Part shown: positions 1 through 7,822 of the stretch, piece after piece
Position numbering within the stretch: the stretch's first letter is position 1
Layout of the letters: every line of letters starts with the position of its first letter
Source of the DNA: a virus
DNA length: 64,000 nt
Virus record (IMG/VR): IMGVR_UViG_3300042197_000370
Reading direction: 5' to 3' (one strand)
The notes under the pieces: generated by a model
Database searches by the model: none
What the model was told of the DNA's origin: nothing
What the model saw: only the letters and a program-made list of their open reading frames with translations
Program-made: the position numbers and the translations under genes

Positions 1-84
1 CTTTTTGACCTCAACAGTATCCTTTGCTTCCCAAAGCAGGTCAGCAATATGATGTTGAAGTGCGTTTTGAAGTTGTAGTTCCAT
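1..84 (-). CDS. Hypothetical protein, N-terminal part (runs off the window edge)
   Basis: ATG at 84 overlaps the TAA of the upstream gene; open to base 1: MELQLQNALQHHIADLLWEAKDTVEVKK. Confidence 0.55.
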   Translation of the reverse strand, partial: MELQLQNALQHHIADLLWEAKDTVEVKK

Positions 85-272
85 TATACTTCCAATCTTT
101 CAAATGTGATATGTTTACCATTGACTGTATTGTAATGCAACTCAGCCTGCACTTGCAACCTCAGAGGTGTATCCATCAATACATAATGGACAACTACATT
201 ACCGTTTACCTTATACTTTTCTTTAATGGCATGAGCGATGGCTAGATGCTGGCTGCGATTTGGTTGATACAT
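84..272 (-). CDS. Hypothetical early protein (62 aa)
   Basis: Track ORF 84..416, restarted at ATG 272 (MYQPNRSQ) just after the stop of the 274..516 gene. Confidence 0.6.
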   Translation of the reverse strand: MYQPNRSQHLAIAHAIKEKYKVNGNVVVHYVLMDTPLRLQVQAELHYNTVNGKHITFERLEV

Positions 273-273
273 A

Positions 274-516
274 TTAGTAGTCCGCAATAATGTTGCCATC
301 GTTATCAATATGAACAAACACCTTACAGAAAGTAAGGCCCTGTCCTTCGAGGTCTGGATCCTGATAACCAATTTGATAACAAAATTGTCCTGCATTTGTA
401 ATGCCAACAAATTCACTTTTGATTACAGTATCCTTAGGATAATTTTTACGCAAAAGTTCCTCAAGTGTAATAGAATTCAGAAAGGAACATTTGCGAATGG
501 TATCTACACTAATCAT
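274..516 (-). CDS. Hypothetical early protein (80 aa)
   Basis: ORF coupled by a TAATG overlap to the upstream gene. Confidence 0.7.
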   Translation of the reverse strand: MISVDTIRKCSFLNSITLEELLRKNYPKDTVIKSEFVGITNAGQFCYQIGYQDPDLEGQGLTFCKVFVHIDNDGNIIADY

Positions 517-1151
517 TAGATTACCTTCACACGATTGAGTTGGGTGATGTTCTCGCCATGACGCTTAACAGTACCTTCGGCAATGATCAACTTGCCAGCA
601 TCGATACCGTTGCGATAACTAAAAAACACAGCTTGGTCGTCAGTGGTCACACCGCTGACAAAGTAAACGCCATACTGTTGGCTGTAGTTGCTACGCACAA
701 CCTCAACATTAACCTTGACCTTCTGACCCACACGACCAACAAGTCCACCGCTGGCAGTTTCAAGTTTACGATTGATTGTGTCACGTTTGACGGCACGTTC
801 ATAGCATGAAGGGAGACTTGCGATCACCGCAACATCGTAGGTACTTTCAATAACATCACGATTGGCAATCACCATTGCGGTGTTGTCAAAGTCATTCAAC
901 TTCTTGCCCTGCAGGATCTTAAATGTCAGACCCTTGTAGTAAGTGCGAACCAACTCACCTTGCTCACGGTCAGCCTCGGTAATGAGGTCAGTGTTGGCAA
1001 TGAAGTTATCCATAATCTCACGATTAGTCTCGGTGTTCTTACCTTCCTCAACAATCTTAAGATAAGCACCATTGATACGCTGAGCCGCACATGCCGCGGC
1101 CCATACATCGGTTGCTTGAAAATTGATTACGGGGCGTTGATAGCGAGCCAT
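516..1151 (-). CDS. Hypothetical phage protein (211 aa), possible C-terminal OB-like beta domain
   Basis: Long ORF with GGAG SD and a consensus sigma70 promoter directly upstream. Confidence 0.85.
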   Translation of the reverse strand: MARYQRPVINFQATDVWAAACAAQRINGAYLKIVEEGKNTETNREIMDNFIANTDLITEADREQGELVRTYYKGLTFKILQGKKLNDFDNTAMVIANRDVIESTYDVAVIASLPSCYERAVKRDTINRKLETASGGLVGRVGQKVKVNVEVVRSNYSQQYGVYFVSGVTTDDQAVFFSYRNGIDAGKLIIAEGTVKRHGENITQLNRVKVI

Positions 1152-1182
1152 TTGTTTCTCCGTTGTTTCAGACTATACCGAT

Positions 1183-1211
1183 ATTATATGACAATTTGGA
1201 TTTATTGTCAA
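1183..1211 (-). promoter_or_regulatory. Early sigma70-type promoter
   Basis: TTGACA (1211-1206), 17 nt, TATAAT (1188-1183): perfect consensus. Confidence 0.85.
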
Positions 1212-1468
1212 GCCACAAACCGATCATAACTACGGATCGGACTATACTTGTTAGTATGCTTTTCCTTGTACTGTACGGTCTCACCCTTGAGTGCCAGTGC
1301 CGTAACCAACGTAGACAGGTCGCAATCTTCCTCAAGGTAAACTGTCTGACCCTTTTGGTAACTGTAAGGTGTAATCTTATCAGCAATGCCAAGTTGGTCG
1401 AGAACCTTGCGCTTAACCGCACCCCAGCCATGTCCGGGGTCGGCGTAGAATTTAATTACAAAAGCCAT
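1208..1468 (-). CDS. Conserved hypothetical protein (DPGHGW...YLEEDCD type)
   Basis: 86 aa ORF with a motif pattern I recall from phage/plasmid hypotheticals; coupled to the upstream gene. Confidence 0.8.
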   Translation of the reverse strand: MAFVIKFYADPGHGWGAVKRKVLDQLGIADKITPYSYQKGQTVYLEEDCDLSTLVTALALKGETVQYKEKHTNKYSPIRSYDRFVA

Positions 1469-1758
1469 TATCGGGCCTCCATCACGAATTCAAACAAAAT
1501 CCACTTAGCACGATTCAGTGCCTGGCGTGCATCCTCTGCACGATTGAAATCGACCTCACCATATTCGGTGTTGATCATTTCCTGTGCATCACTCATCAGG
1601 CTAGCAGCCATCATAGCAGGACCACTGAAGCGAAAAGTAAGGCTTTGTTCAACTGCCTCACGCATTTGAGCCTCGGTGCATCCGTACATACGGACTTCAC
1701 GCTTTTGTTGCTCGGTCATTTGTGCATATAGTGTAGTCATATTTGCTCCGTTAATCAA
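1468..1758 (-). CDS. Hypothetical early protein
   Basis: ORF directly downstream of the consensus promoter; true start may be MTTLYAQ (ATG 1740) after a GGAG SD. Confidence 0.8.
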   Translation of the reverse strand: MINGANMTTLYAQMTEQQKREVRMYGCTEAQMREAVEQSLTFRFSGPAMMAASLMSDAQEMINTEYGEVDFNRAEDARQALNRAKWILFEFVMEAR

Positions 1759-1772
1759 CTTTCAATACATGT

Positions 1773-1801
1773 ATTATACGCCCAAATCCATTTATTGTCA
1801 A
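1773..1801 (-). promoter_or_regulatory. Early sigma70-type promoter
   Basis: TTGACA (1801-1796), 17 nt, TATAAT (1778-1773). Confidence 0.88.
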
Positions 1802-1841
1802 GCCTTTAATCCACTGTTTTTAGCAGAAAAAAGGCTTGACA
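1796..1841. repeat. Inverted repeat / stem-loop overlapping the -35 box
   Basis: tgtcaagccttt (1796-1807) is the reverse complement of aaaggcttgaca (1830-1841). Confidence 0.75.
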
Positions 1842-1851
1842 AATCAACAAC

Positions 1852-2163
1852 TTACGCTACCTGCCAGGCTTCTTCTTCCTCAGTGACAACGGATTCGGAG
1901 CCGTCATACTCACTTACACGGAAGCGCATGCCCTTCGGTACCCAAGCCAATCGTAACTGGTGCGCACCGCCCAAATACACGCCCTCACCGTAGTTAGAAA
2001 CTACGTAGGCCTCGATTTGGTCATGCTGGTCAGTCTCAACCAATTGCACGATCACCGGGTCAAATAGCAACTTCGGATGCTCTGGGTTCCAAGTAAACCA
2101 ACCGGCACCAAAGTTCGGGGAATACAATACGGCTACAAAGCCGTCACGTTCTACTTTATCCAT
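1852..2163 (-). CDS. Conserved hypothetical phage protein (YSPxFGAGWxTWN type)
   Basis: 103 aa ORF with GAGGTG SD. Confidence 0.8.
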   Translation of the reverse strand: MDKVERDGFVAVLYSPNFGAGWFTWNPEHPKLLFDPVIVQLVETDQHDQIEAYVVSNYGEGVYLGGAHQLRLAWVPKGMRFRVSEYDGSESVVTEEEEAWQVA

Positions 2164-2171
2164 AAATCACC

Positions 2172-2441
2172 TCAAACTAAATCAACTTGTACATCAACAA
2201 AGACCTGTTCACCTTTGCCGTTGTAGACTTTCATGCGAGTGCCAAAACCTGTAGGGCGCTGACCTTCGGGAAGATGCTGATCACATCCAAGCGAAACCAA
2301 AGCACTAGTCACCGCAACTCGCTGGTCATGAAACGCCATATCAAACGCACCCTTGACAGTGGTATAGAAACCAACACCATTGCAAATCACACGAATTTTA
2401 CGGCTATTGTCAAGACCAGTGATATAACGCTTAGTACGCAT
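2172..2441 (-). CDS. Hypothetical early protein
   Basis: Restarted at MRTKRY (ATG 2441) after an AGGAG SD; the track's longer start lies inside the promoter. Confidence 0.75.
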   Translation of the reverse strand: MRTKRYITGLDNSRKIRVICNGVGFYTTVKGAFDMAFHDQRVAVTSALVSLGCDQHLPEGQRPTGFGTRMKVYNGKGEQVFVDVQVDLV

Positions 2442-2475
2442 TTCCGACTCCTGTTTATCAGTTTCAATACTACGT

Positions 2476-2504
2476 ATTATACACCCAAATCCATTTATTG
2501 TCAA
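2476..2504 (-). promoter_or_regulatory. Early sigma70-type promoter
   Basis: TTGACA (2504-2499), 17 nt, TATAAT (2481-2476); nearly identical to the 1773-1801 copy. Confidence 0.88.
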
Positions 2505-2507
2505 GCC

Positions 2508-2747
2508 TTACTTGACTAGACGGAACTTGGGTTTACGGTGTAGCGGAATTACAACACATGGGGCTCGGTCGATTTCCTGACTTAGTTTAGTCAGGTCCTT
2601 ACCTAGACCCTGTAGTAATTCTACAACATATGCCTTACGATGGTCACTCTGTTTGAGGAACCAACTGCGCAAGCCCTCAGGACCACTATCAATAAGAGTA
2701 GTCATAAGAAACTTGGTGTTGTGTGCGTCACGTTCTATAGTATCCAT
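2508..2747 (-). CDS. Hypothetical early protein
   Basis: Restarted at MDTIERD (ATG 2747) downstream of the promoter. Confidence 0.65.
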   Translation of the reverse strand: MDTIERDAHNTKFLMTTLIDSGPEGLRSWFLKQSDHRKAYVVELLQGLGKDLTKLSQEIDRAPCVVIPLHRKPKFRLVK

Positions 2748-2754
2748 AGTGTAT

Positions 2755-2783
2755 ATATTACAGTAGTTTGGATTAAATGTCAA
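2755..2783 (-). promoter_or_regulatory. Early sigma70-type promoter
   Basis: TTGACA (2783-2778), 17 nt, TAATAT (2760-2755). Confidence 0.65.
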
Positions 2784-4186
2784 GGCCTTTTAAACCATTG
2801 TTTTACAACGGATTCTGCTGGCTTACCACGTATGCTTTGACTGAGATTGGGGAAGCCCTCACTATCCTCTTTCATGCCATATTGTGTTTGTACGAACCCT
2901 GTGCTGGGCTTTAGAGTGTCAGTATGCCAATATGAACTATGAAAGTTCACCCCATCAACTTTAAAGAATGATTGTGATTTAATTGCTTTAAGCATTCCAT
3001 CAATGCCAATGGCTTGCACACTAAAGTCTGTGGTATAGGTAGTTTGTATACAATCAACCTTCTTGTTATCGGATGTTACACCCGAAATGCAGAACCCATC
3101 TTCAATCCATCCTTCTTTAAAATACTTGTCTCTGCTTTGTACTGCAATTTCAAAAATAACAGGAACTTCTCTACCTGATCTAGTGTTAGTACAATAATTT
3201 TGCGAGGGCCAAATACAATTGAAGTCTTGATATAGCCTATACATTTCTTTTGATACCGCATTACTAACAGTGTCAGAATTAAAATTAATCATTTCATGAT
3301 CGGACAATCTAGGCATTACTGAAATGTGCAGTGCATCAATTTTATCAATGATGCGATTGTCATGCCATGCCATAGTGCCTTGACCCCACGTTATCTTTCC
3401 TGAGAATACTTTGCGCATGTCATCAATGATACTTACAATTTCTTGTACATACATTTCTTGCATGACAGGATCGTGTAAGTTGCCAATATTCATTGCGTTC
3501 CAATCTGCTGATATACCAGACACTCCAATAGAGTCTCCAAACTTAGCAATGTTTACGATGTTCTTGTGATGTGATTCTAGTATAGTAGCCCATAGTTTCT
3601 TATCAACTATTTGGCCTAATTGAAGCAGGAAATTATTTTTATCGTCAATGATATTAAATTGCCATGCCAAATATACTTTGATATTTCTTTTTTTGGCCTC
3701 GGTAACAACGTACTCTATAAGTTTATATGAGTAAGTAAGATTTTCGGGTTTCTGTACCCAATAAGAAAGATTGGGGTCAACTGACCACCCATGTCCACCT
3801 ATATACAACCAAACGTTATCAACTCCTAATGATTGTAAACGGTCAAGAGAATCCCTATAAAGAATCTTAGTATATTCTTCACCGGTGCATGCATTACTAG
3901 TAGCAAATACTGCCCAATGATTTGCTGGTGTTGGTATGTAGTCCTTAAATCCTACACTACGTTGTACACTACTAGGTAGGGTATTAGTAACAATAGGTAC
4001 TGAATATGGACCTTTGTAAGAATCAGGATATGTGTTATCTTTATGTGGGTTGACACAAGTAGGTGGTTGTGCTATTGCAGTTGGTGTAACTGATGCTACA
4101 TTAACAGTTGGGGTCGGACTGCTACCACCGCCACCTCCGCAGCCTGCAATAACTGCTGCCAGTAGGGCAATTGAAAACTTTTTCAT
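2780..4186 (-). CDS. Lipoprotein with glycoside hydrolase-like TIM barrel (GH113/GTA-TIM-like)
   Basis: Lipobox IAG-C, Gly/Ser/Pro/Thr linker, then DSLDRLQSLGVDNV, MRKVFSGKITW and PVIFEIAVQS segments in GH113-like order. Confidence 0.7.
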   Translation of the reverse strand: MKKFSIALLAAVIAGCGGGGGSSPTPTVNVASVTPTAIAQPPTCVNPHKDNTYPDSYKGPYSVPIVTNTLPSSVQRSVGFKDYIPTPANHWAVFATSNACTGEEYTKILYRDSLDRLQSLGVDNVWLYIGGHGWSVDPNLSYWVQKPENLTYSYKLIEYVVTEAKKRNIKVYLAWQFNIIDDKNNFLLQLGQIVDKKLWATILESHHKNIVNIAKFGDSIGVSGISADWNAMNIGNLHDPVMQEMYVQEIVSIIDDMRKVFSGKITWGQGTMAWHDNRIIDKIDALHISVMPRLSDHEMINFNSDTVSNAVSKEMYRLYQDFNCIWPSQNYCTNTRSGREVPVIFEIAVQSRDKYFKEGWIEDGFCISGVTSDNKKVDCIQTTYTTDFSVQAIGIDGMLKAIKSQSFFKVDGVNFHSSYWHTDTLKPSTGFVQTQYGMKEDSEGFPNLSQSIRGKPAESVVKQWFKRP

Positions 4187-4251
4187 AACTGTCTGTCTAT
4201 GTTACCAAAGATAGACTATCTTAACACATATAGTTTTAAATTGCAAAATAA

Positions 4252-4278
4252 AAATGCCCGAAACTAGTCCGGGCATTT
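4252..4278 (-). terminator. Intrinsic terminator
   Basis: Stem aaatgcccg/cgggcattt with 9-nt loop, then a T-rich tract on the minus strand after the 4299 gene. Confidence 0.75.
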
Positions 4279-4298
4279 ATTAGACGTAAGTTATTGAT

Positions 4299-4571
4299 TT
4301 ACTTGTTTTTATTAACACCGTTAACAAAAGCATACATCTTTTCAGCAGTTTCCAAAACTTTATCAAGTCCTGGAAACTCTGGCATTCCAACAGTATTAAC
4401 CAGTTGGCCAGTCTTTTCATCACGTTTGGCACTAAGTTCCCAACCCTGCCACTTGTAAGTGTATTCGGCTTGAACCATGTCTTTTGCCATGTGTAAGATA
4501 TCAGTACGAATCTCGTAGCCGTTCTTGTTAAATTTTACTTCAGGTACGTTTGGTAATTTTGCTTCATTCAT
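4299..4571 (-). CDS. Conserved hypothetical phage protein (KNGYEIRTDIL type)
   Basis: Restarted at MNEAKLP after an AAGGAG SD. Confidence 0.8.
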   Translation of the reverse strand: MNEAKLPNVPEVKFNKNGYEIRTDILHMAKDMVQAEYTYKWQGWELSAKRDEKTGQLVNTVGMPEFPGLDKVLETAEKMYAFVNGVNKNK

Positions 4572-4590
4572 TTGTGTGTCTCCTTGTGTG

Positions 4591-4695
4591 TTAATACAAC
4601 TTGGTTTTGTTTTCTTTGTCAACAGGTTTGTTGAACTTTTCGGGATAATTTAACCTTTCCCATTCTTCATCAGATACAGGCCACCAGTTATTCAT
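4591..4695 (-). CDS. Microprotein (34 aa), not in ORF track
   Basis: Manual translation MNNWWPVSDEEWERLNYPEKFNKPVDKENKTKLY; ATG overlaps the end of the upstream ORF. Confidence 0.6.
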   Translation of the reverse strand: MNNWWPVSDEEWERLNYPEKFNKPVDKENKTKLY

Positions 4696-4810
4696 TTATC
4701 ATGATCCTTTTGGCTTCTTCGTATCTACCCATACGTGCTAATACTCCGGCGGCTCTTACTTTGCCTAACATATCACAATAGGATAAAAACCTATCTAATA
4801 TACTTTTCAT
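4688..4810 (-). CDS. Microprotein (40 aa), not in ORF track
   Basis: MKSILDRFLSYCDMLGKVRAAGVLARMGRYEEAKRIMINE; TAATG coupling to the upstream gene. Confidence 0.65.
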   Translation of the reverse strand: MKSILDRFLSYCDMLGKVRAAGVLARMGRYEEAKRIMINE

Positions 4811-4995
4811 TATATGATCCTTTCATTTGTTAATCGTTGATTATATTCAAAAGTCAAACGTTCTACATCACCTGAGTTTTGTGGATTTTTGCTTAGAATA
4901 TATTTTTCTAAGTCGCTACCATAATGAACAGGTTTGACTATATATCCAATTATGATTGCACTAAAAAATGCAATAACTGATAACAAGATACCCAT
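4810..4995 (-). CDS. Small membrane-anchored protein (weak DUF3563-like C-terminus)
   Basis: N-terminal hydrophobic helix, then LEKYILSKNPQNSGDVERL. Confidence 0.7.
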   Translation of the reverse strand: MGILLSVIAFFSAIIIGYIVKPVHYGSDLEKYILSKNPQNSGDVERLTFEYNQRLTNERII

Positions 4996-4996
4996 G

Positions 4997-5248
4997 TTAT
5001 TTCCCCTTAACTGAGGACCTCACATAGTTAGTCATGTAGTCAAAGAAATCTTTACTAGAAACAATCATGCCTATTGACGTAGACGCCATAATGCCTGCAT
5101 CAATTGCTTTTTTGGTATAATCTGCCTGCGAGTCAACGAATGAATTTAATGCATTGCGAATACCTTCATGCGGTACTGCAAGATTGACGAATTGCTTTTT
5201 GCTTGTTTGAACCGCGTCTACGGCGGCGTGTGCGAATGTACTAAACAT
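4997..5248 (-). CDS. Small amphipathic helical protein, phasin-like (tentative)
   Basis: 83 aa, Ala-rich helical pattern, AAGGAG SD, late promoter upstream. Confidence 0.7.
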   Translation of the reverse strand: MFSTFAHAAVDAVQTSKKQFVNLAVPHEGIRNALNSFVDSQADYTKKAIDAGIMASTSIGMIVSSKDFFDYMTNYVRSSVKGK

Positions 5249-5293
5249 AATTTTCTCCTTGTGTATGTGTGTACGTAGATTACTCTACAAATA

Positions 5294-5300
5294 TATTTAT
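5294..5300 (-). promoter_or_regulatory. T4-type late promoter (ATAAATA)
   Basis: Plus-strand tatttat in the intergenic gap upstream of the microprotein cassette. Confidence 0.55.
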
Positions 5301-5323
5301 GCCTGTTGTAATGCAAACAACGA

Positions 5324-5349
5324 AAAAGTGGGGAATTACCCCCACTTTT
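5324..5349 (-). terminator. Intrinsic terminator
   Basis: aaaagtgggg / ccccactttt stem with 6-nt loop containing the stop of the 5336 gene. Confidence 0.75.
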
Positions 5350-5590
5350 CTGTGTATTTCCTTAGTGCTAGTTGTCTTGAAAGCCAAAGCCTAAATTTAA
5401 CATAGTCACTAAGTTCATACTCATCCTCTTTAGGTCTTATTCTCCATGATTGATTGAGTGTAGTAGGTAGTATTGCATCGTCATCTACTTCATACCATCT
5501 GGGATCATTGGTTAAATATCGACTTAAACGAATTGGATTACTTCTTAGCAGCCTTATCTTCGGCTTTAGCAGCAGGCTTCGCCGCTTCAC
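5336..5590 (-). CDS. Hypothetical protein (start uncertain)
   Basis: C-terminus ELSDYVKFRLWLSRQLALRKY looks coding and ends in a terminator; N-terminus overlaps the next gene. Confidence 0.55.
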   Translation of the reverse strand: MKRRSLLLKPKIRLLRSNPIRLSRYLTNDPRWYEVDDDAILPTTLNQSWRIRPKEDEYELSDYVKFRLWLSRQLALRKYTEKWG

Positions 5591-5753
5591 TTTTTGCAGG
5601 CTCTGCTTTTTTATCAGCAGGTTTGGCTGCGGGTGCAGCAGGTGCAGCGGCTGCTGGTTTGGCTTCAGCCTTCTTTTCCTCTTTCTTAGCAGGTTCTGCG
5701 GCGAAAGCGGTTACTGCGAAAAGTCCAGAGATCAATGTTGCGATAAGTTTCAT
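5538..5753 (-). CDS. Secreted Ala/Lys/Pro/Glu low-complexity protein (Asr/acid-shock-like composition)
   Basis: Signal peptide MKLIATLISGLFAVTAFA then AEPAKK/KPAA repeats; AAGGAAA SD. Confidence 0.8.
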   Translation of the reverse strand: MKLIATLISGLFAVTAFAAEPAKKEEKKAEAKPAAAAPAAPAAKPADKKAEPAKSEAAKPAAKAEDKAAKK

Positions 5754-5842
5754 TTAAGTTTCCTTTTTAAAAGTACACAGAACGAAATTGTTGCTGTGTA
5801 TATATAATAACGCATGAGGCTCACAATGCGTTGACAACTATT

Positions 5843-5968
5843 TTAGCCGCCTCGCCCACTTCTACGAACTACACTAGCACCACCAAAGCCTTTTGTATTT
5901 GGTTTAGGTCCTTTGGTTTGTTTGTTGTTATTGAATGGGTTAGCATTCTTTTTTGCTGTATTAGCCAT
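5843..5968 (-). CDS. Small basic protein (41 aa), not in ORF track
   Basis: MANTAKKNANPFNNNKQTKGPKPNTKGFGGASVVRRSGRGG fills the gap between genes on the coding strand. Confidence 0.6.
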   Translation of the reverse strand: MANTAKKNANPFNNNKQTKGPKPNTKGFGGASVVRRSGRGG

Positions 5969-6003
5969 ATTAATAAATGGATTTTTACTTTTCTTTTCTT
6001 CAG

Positions 6004-6408
6004 TCATTTTTTCACCTTTATTGAATTTAAGTATTCTTGTAGACTTCCGTATAGGTTCATCAACATAGAAATTTTGCTATCATATAATCTGATATAAAAT
6101 GTTTTTGACTTGTCCTTTTTATTTACGCCAAGGTAATAAGGACAACTAATTTTTTTGTTTAGTTCAAGTACAAAGTTGTGATAACTTTGTCCTTCTTGTT
6201 TGAATTCATGGTCATAGAATTCAATATCTGCCAATTGAAATGCGGAGACGCCTTCGTCTGTTAAACGAAGGCCGTCTTGTCTGCCTGTGAACCACCATTT
6301 AAATATTACATCGTCAATGGGTAGTTCGTGGTAAATTCTATGTGACTTAGGAATCTCAGCCAGTATTGCTTCGGTAATTTTTTGTTTTACTGTTTTACGA
6401 ACGGTCAT
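6004..6408 (-). CDS. Hypothetical phage protein
   Basis: 134 aa ORF in a tightly packed operon. Confidence 0.75.
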   Translation of the reverse strand: MTVRKTVKQKITEAILAEIPKSHRIYHELPIDDVIFKWWFTGRQDGLRLTDEGVSAFQLADIEFYDHEFKQEGQSYHNFVLELNKKISCPYYLGVNKKDKSKTFYIRLYDSKISMLMNLYGSLQEYLNSIKVKK

Positions 6409-6694
6409 CGGGGTATACAGTTCTACCCGAGTTCATAAAGACAACCGTAAACTTGTCTGTTTTGAATTGTGCATTAAGTTTACGGCAAAGATTTCTTGCA
6501 TGACCCGGATTGCTGAAACTGGTCTTTTTATATTTTGGTGCCGCTTCGTTGGCTAGATAATGCTGGCTCTTTAGGTTAATAGGCTGGTCATCATAGAACA
6601 CGGCCCAAATGCCACTAGCCTCTACGATCTGGTCGCATTTGTATGTGGCTTTATCCACATGTTCTAAAATAATTTTTGGTTGTGTTCTACTCAC
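6395..6694 (-). CDS. Conserved large-phage hypothetical protein (KYKKTSFSNPGHA type)
   Basis: 99 aa ORF with a 4-nt start/stop overlap upstream. Confidence 0.8.
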   Translation of the reverse strand: MSRTQPKIILEHVDKATYKCDQIVEASGIWAVFYDDQPINLKSQHYLANEAAPKYKKTSFSNPGHARNLCRKLNAQFKTDKFTVVFMNSGRTVYPDDRS

Positions 6695-6888
6695 TTAAAT
6701 GATCCGCCTTTAATTTGAATATCTATAACTGGTTCAGGTTTAGATTTTTCCTTTTCATACAAATCAGACAGTAATTTAGCAATGTCATCACGTAGACCTC
6801 TTGCTTCATCTATTGGAATAACAATGTCTTTGGTCTTTTTACTCTCCGCTACTGACATTTTATCCAAGAAACGTCTTACATGTATCAT
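6691..6888 (-). CDS. Hypothetical protein
   Basis: 65 aa ORF coupled on both sides; ATAAATA 4 nt before the ATG. Confidence 0.7.
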   Translation of the reverse strand: MIHVRRFLDKMSVAESKKTKDIVIPIDEARGLRDDIAKLLSDLYEKEKSKPEPVIDIQIKGGSFK

Positions 6889-7346
6889 AAGATATTTATC
6901 TGATTTTTTGCTTCATCCTCAGTTTTATAAGGTCCTCTATACGGGTAACGCTGGATAAAGATGTATTTTGGACAAAAACTGACTTGTTCCGTACCATTTT
7001 GGTTCAAAATGTACCATCCGGCTGCATGATAACATTTACTCTTTTTAGACTTGGTAAATAGATGCAGTTTTCGCTTAATGTCGAAAATGCTATTATATGT
7101 CTTTGAAGTAGTAGGAAACTCTGGGTAAGGCAATTCAGCCTTAGTCTTATTAGACTTCATGGGCTGAAAACGTATGTTTACCCTACGCTGAATATCCTGA
7201 GTATTGTTAAAATGTGTCAAGTTTCCGTTAAGTTTAACTTCGTATCCTGACCCATCTGCAATAACATTTCCTACTTTTCTGTCTCCGTCTGTTACGACCC
7301 AATATTGATTCTTAATGATTGGTTTAGCAATTAATGTAGTTGACAT
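6885..7346 (-). CDS. Hypothetical phage protein
   Basis: 153 aa ORF with GGAGGG SD. Confidence 0.8.
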   Translation of the reverse strand: MSTTLIAKPIIKNQYWVVTDGDRKVGNVIADGSGYEVKLNGNLTHFNNTQDIQRRVNIRFQPMKSNKTKAELPYPEFPTTSKTYNSIFDIKRKLHLFTKSKKSKCYHAAGWYILNQNGTEQVSFCPKYIFIQRYPYRGPYKTEDEAKNQINIL

Positions 7347-7360
7347 TTGCCCTCCGTTGT

Positions 7361-7822
7361 TTATTTAGTGTCATTTTCTTTGGTAAGTTCGGCTACCAAC
7401 AGAAAATGGTCAAATGCTTTTTTGACTGCTGGATTGGTCATAAGTTTTTCAGCCTCTTGCGTCAAAGCCCTGACCGCAGCCTCAGCCGCATCCCTAGAAG
7501 CCGGACGAATAAGTGGATAATCATCCTGCTTGAAACTCTCAGCAAGTTCACGCCACAGTTTTTGTTGATGCTCTGTGATAGGTTGTTTTTGCGGTTTAAG
7601 GTCTAGTGCCTTTCTAATAGCATCAGACACCGCATCCTCGGCTACCCGACCAGCGGCAATCATGGCCGCATAGTTAGGGTCAATGTTATAGTGAGTAGAC
7701 TTGCCACCGGGATAACTCATAACAAGATGAGTACCCTTTGTAAAGGAATCTAGGAAGTCGCTGTCATATTCACTGACAGGCTTGTACCGTCGTCCTACTT
7801 TTTCATAATAAATCTTTTTCAT
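7361..7822 (-). CDS. Hypothetical phage protein
   Basis: 153 aa ORF, ATGA overlap. Confidence 0.8.
   Translation of the reverse strand: MKKIYYEKVGRRYKPVSEYDSDFLDSFTKGTHLVMSYPGGKSTHYNIDPNYAAMIAAGRVAEDAVSDAIRKALDLKPQKQPITEHQQKLWRELAESFKQDDYPLIRPASRDAAEAAVRALTQEAEKLMTNPAVKKAFDHFLLVAELTKENDTK

Noticed and set aside
1836-1864. Plus-strand promoter from the TTGACA at 1836
   Set aside because: No -10 box at 16-18 nt and no plus-strand gene; it is the second arm of the inverted repeat.
4571-5265. CsrA/RsmA sites at ACAAGGAG ribosome-binding sites
   Set aside because: Indistinguishable from a strong SD in AC-rich unstructured leaders; no additional GGA hairpins.
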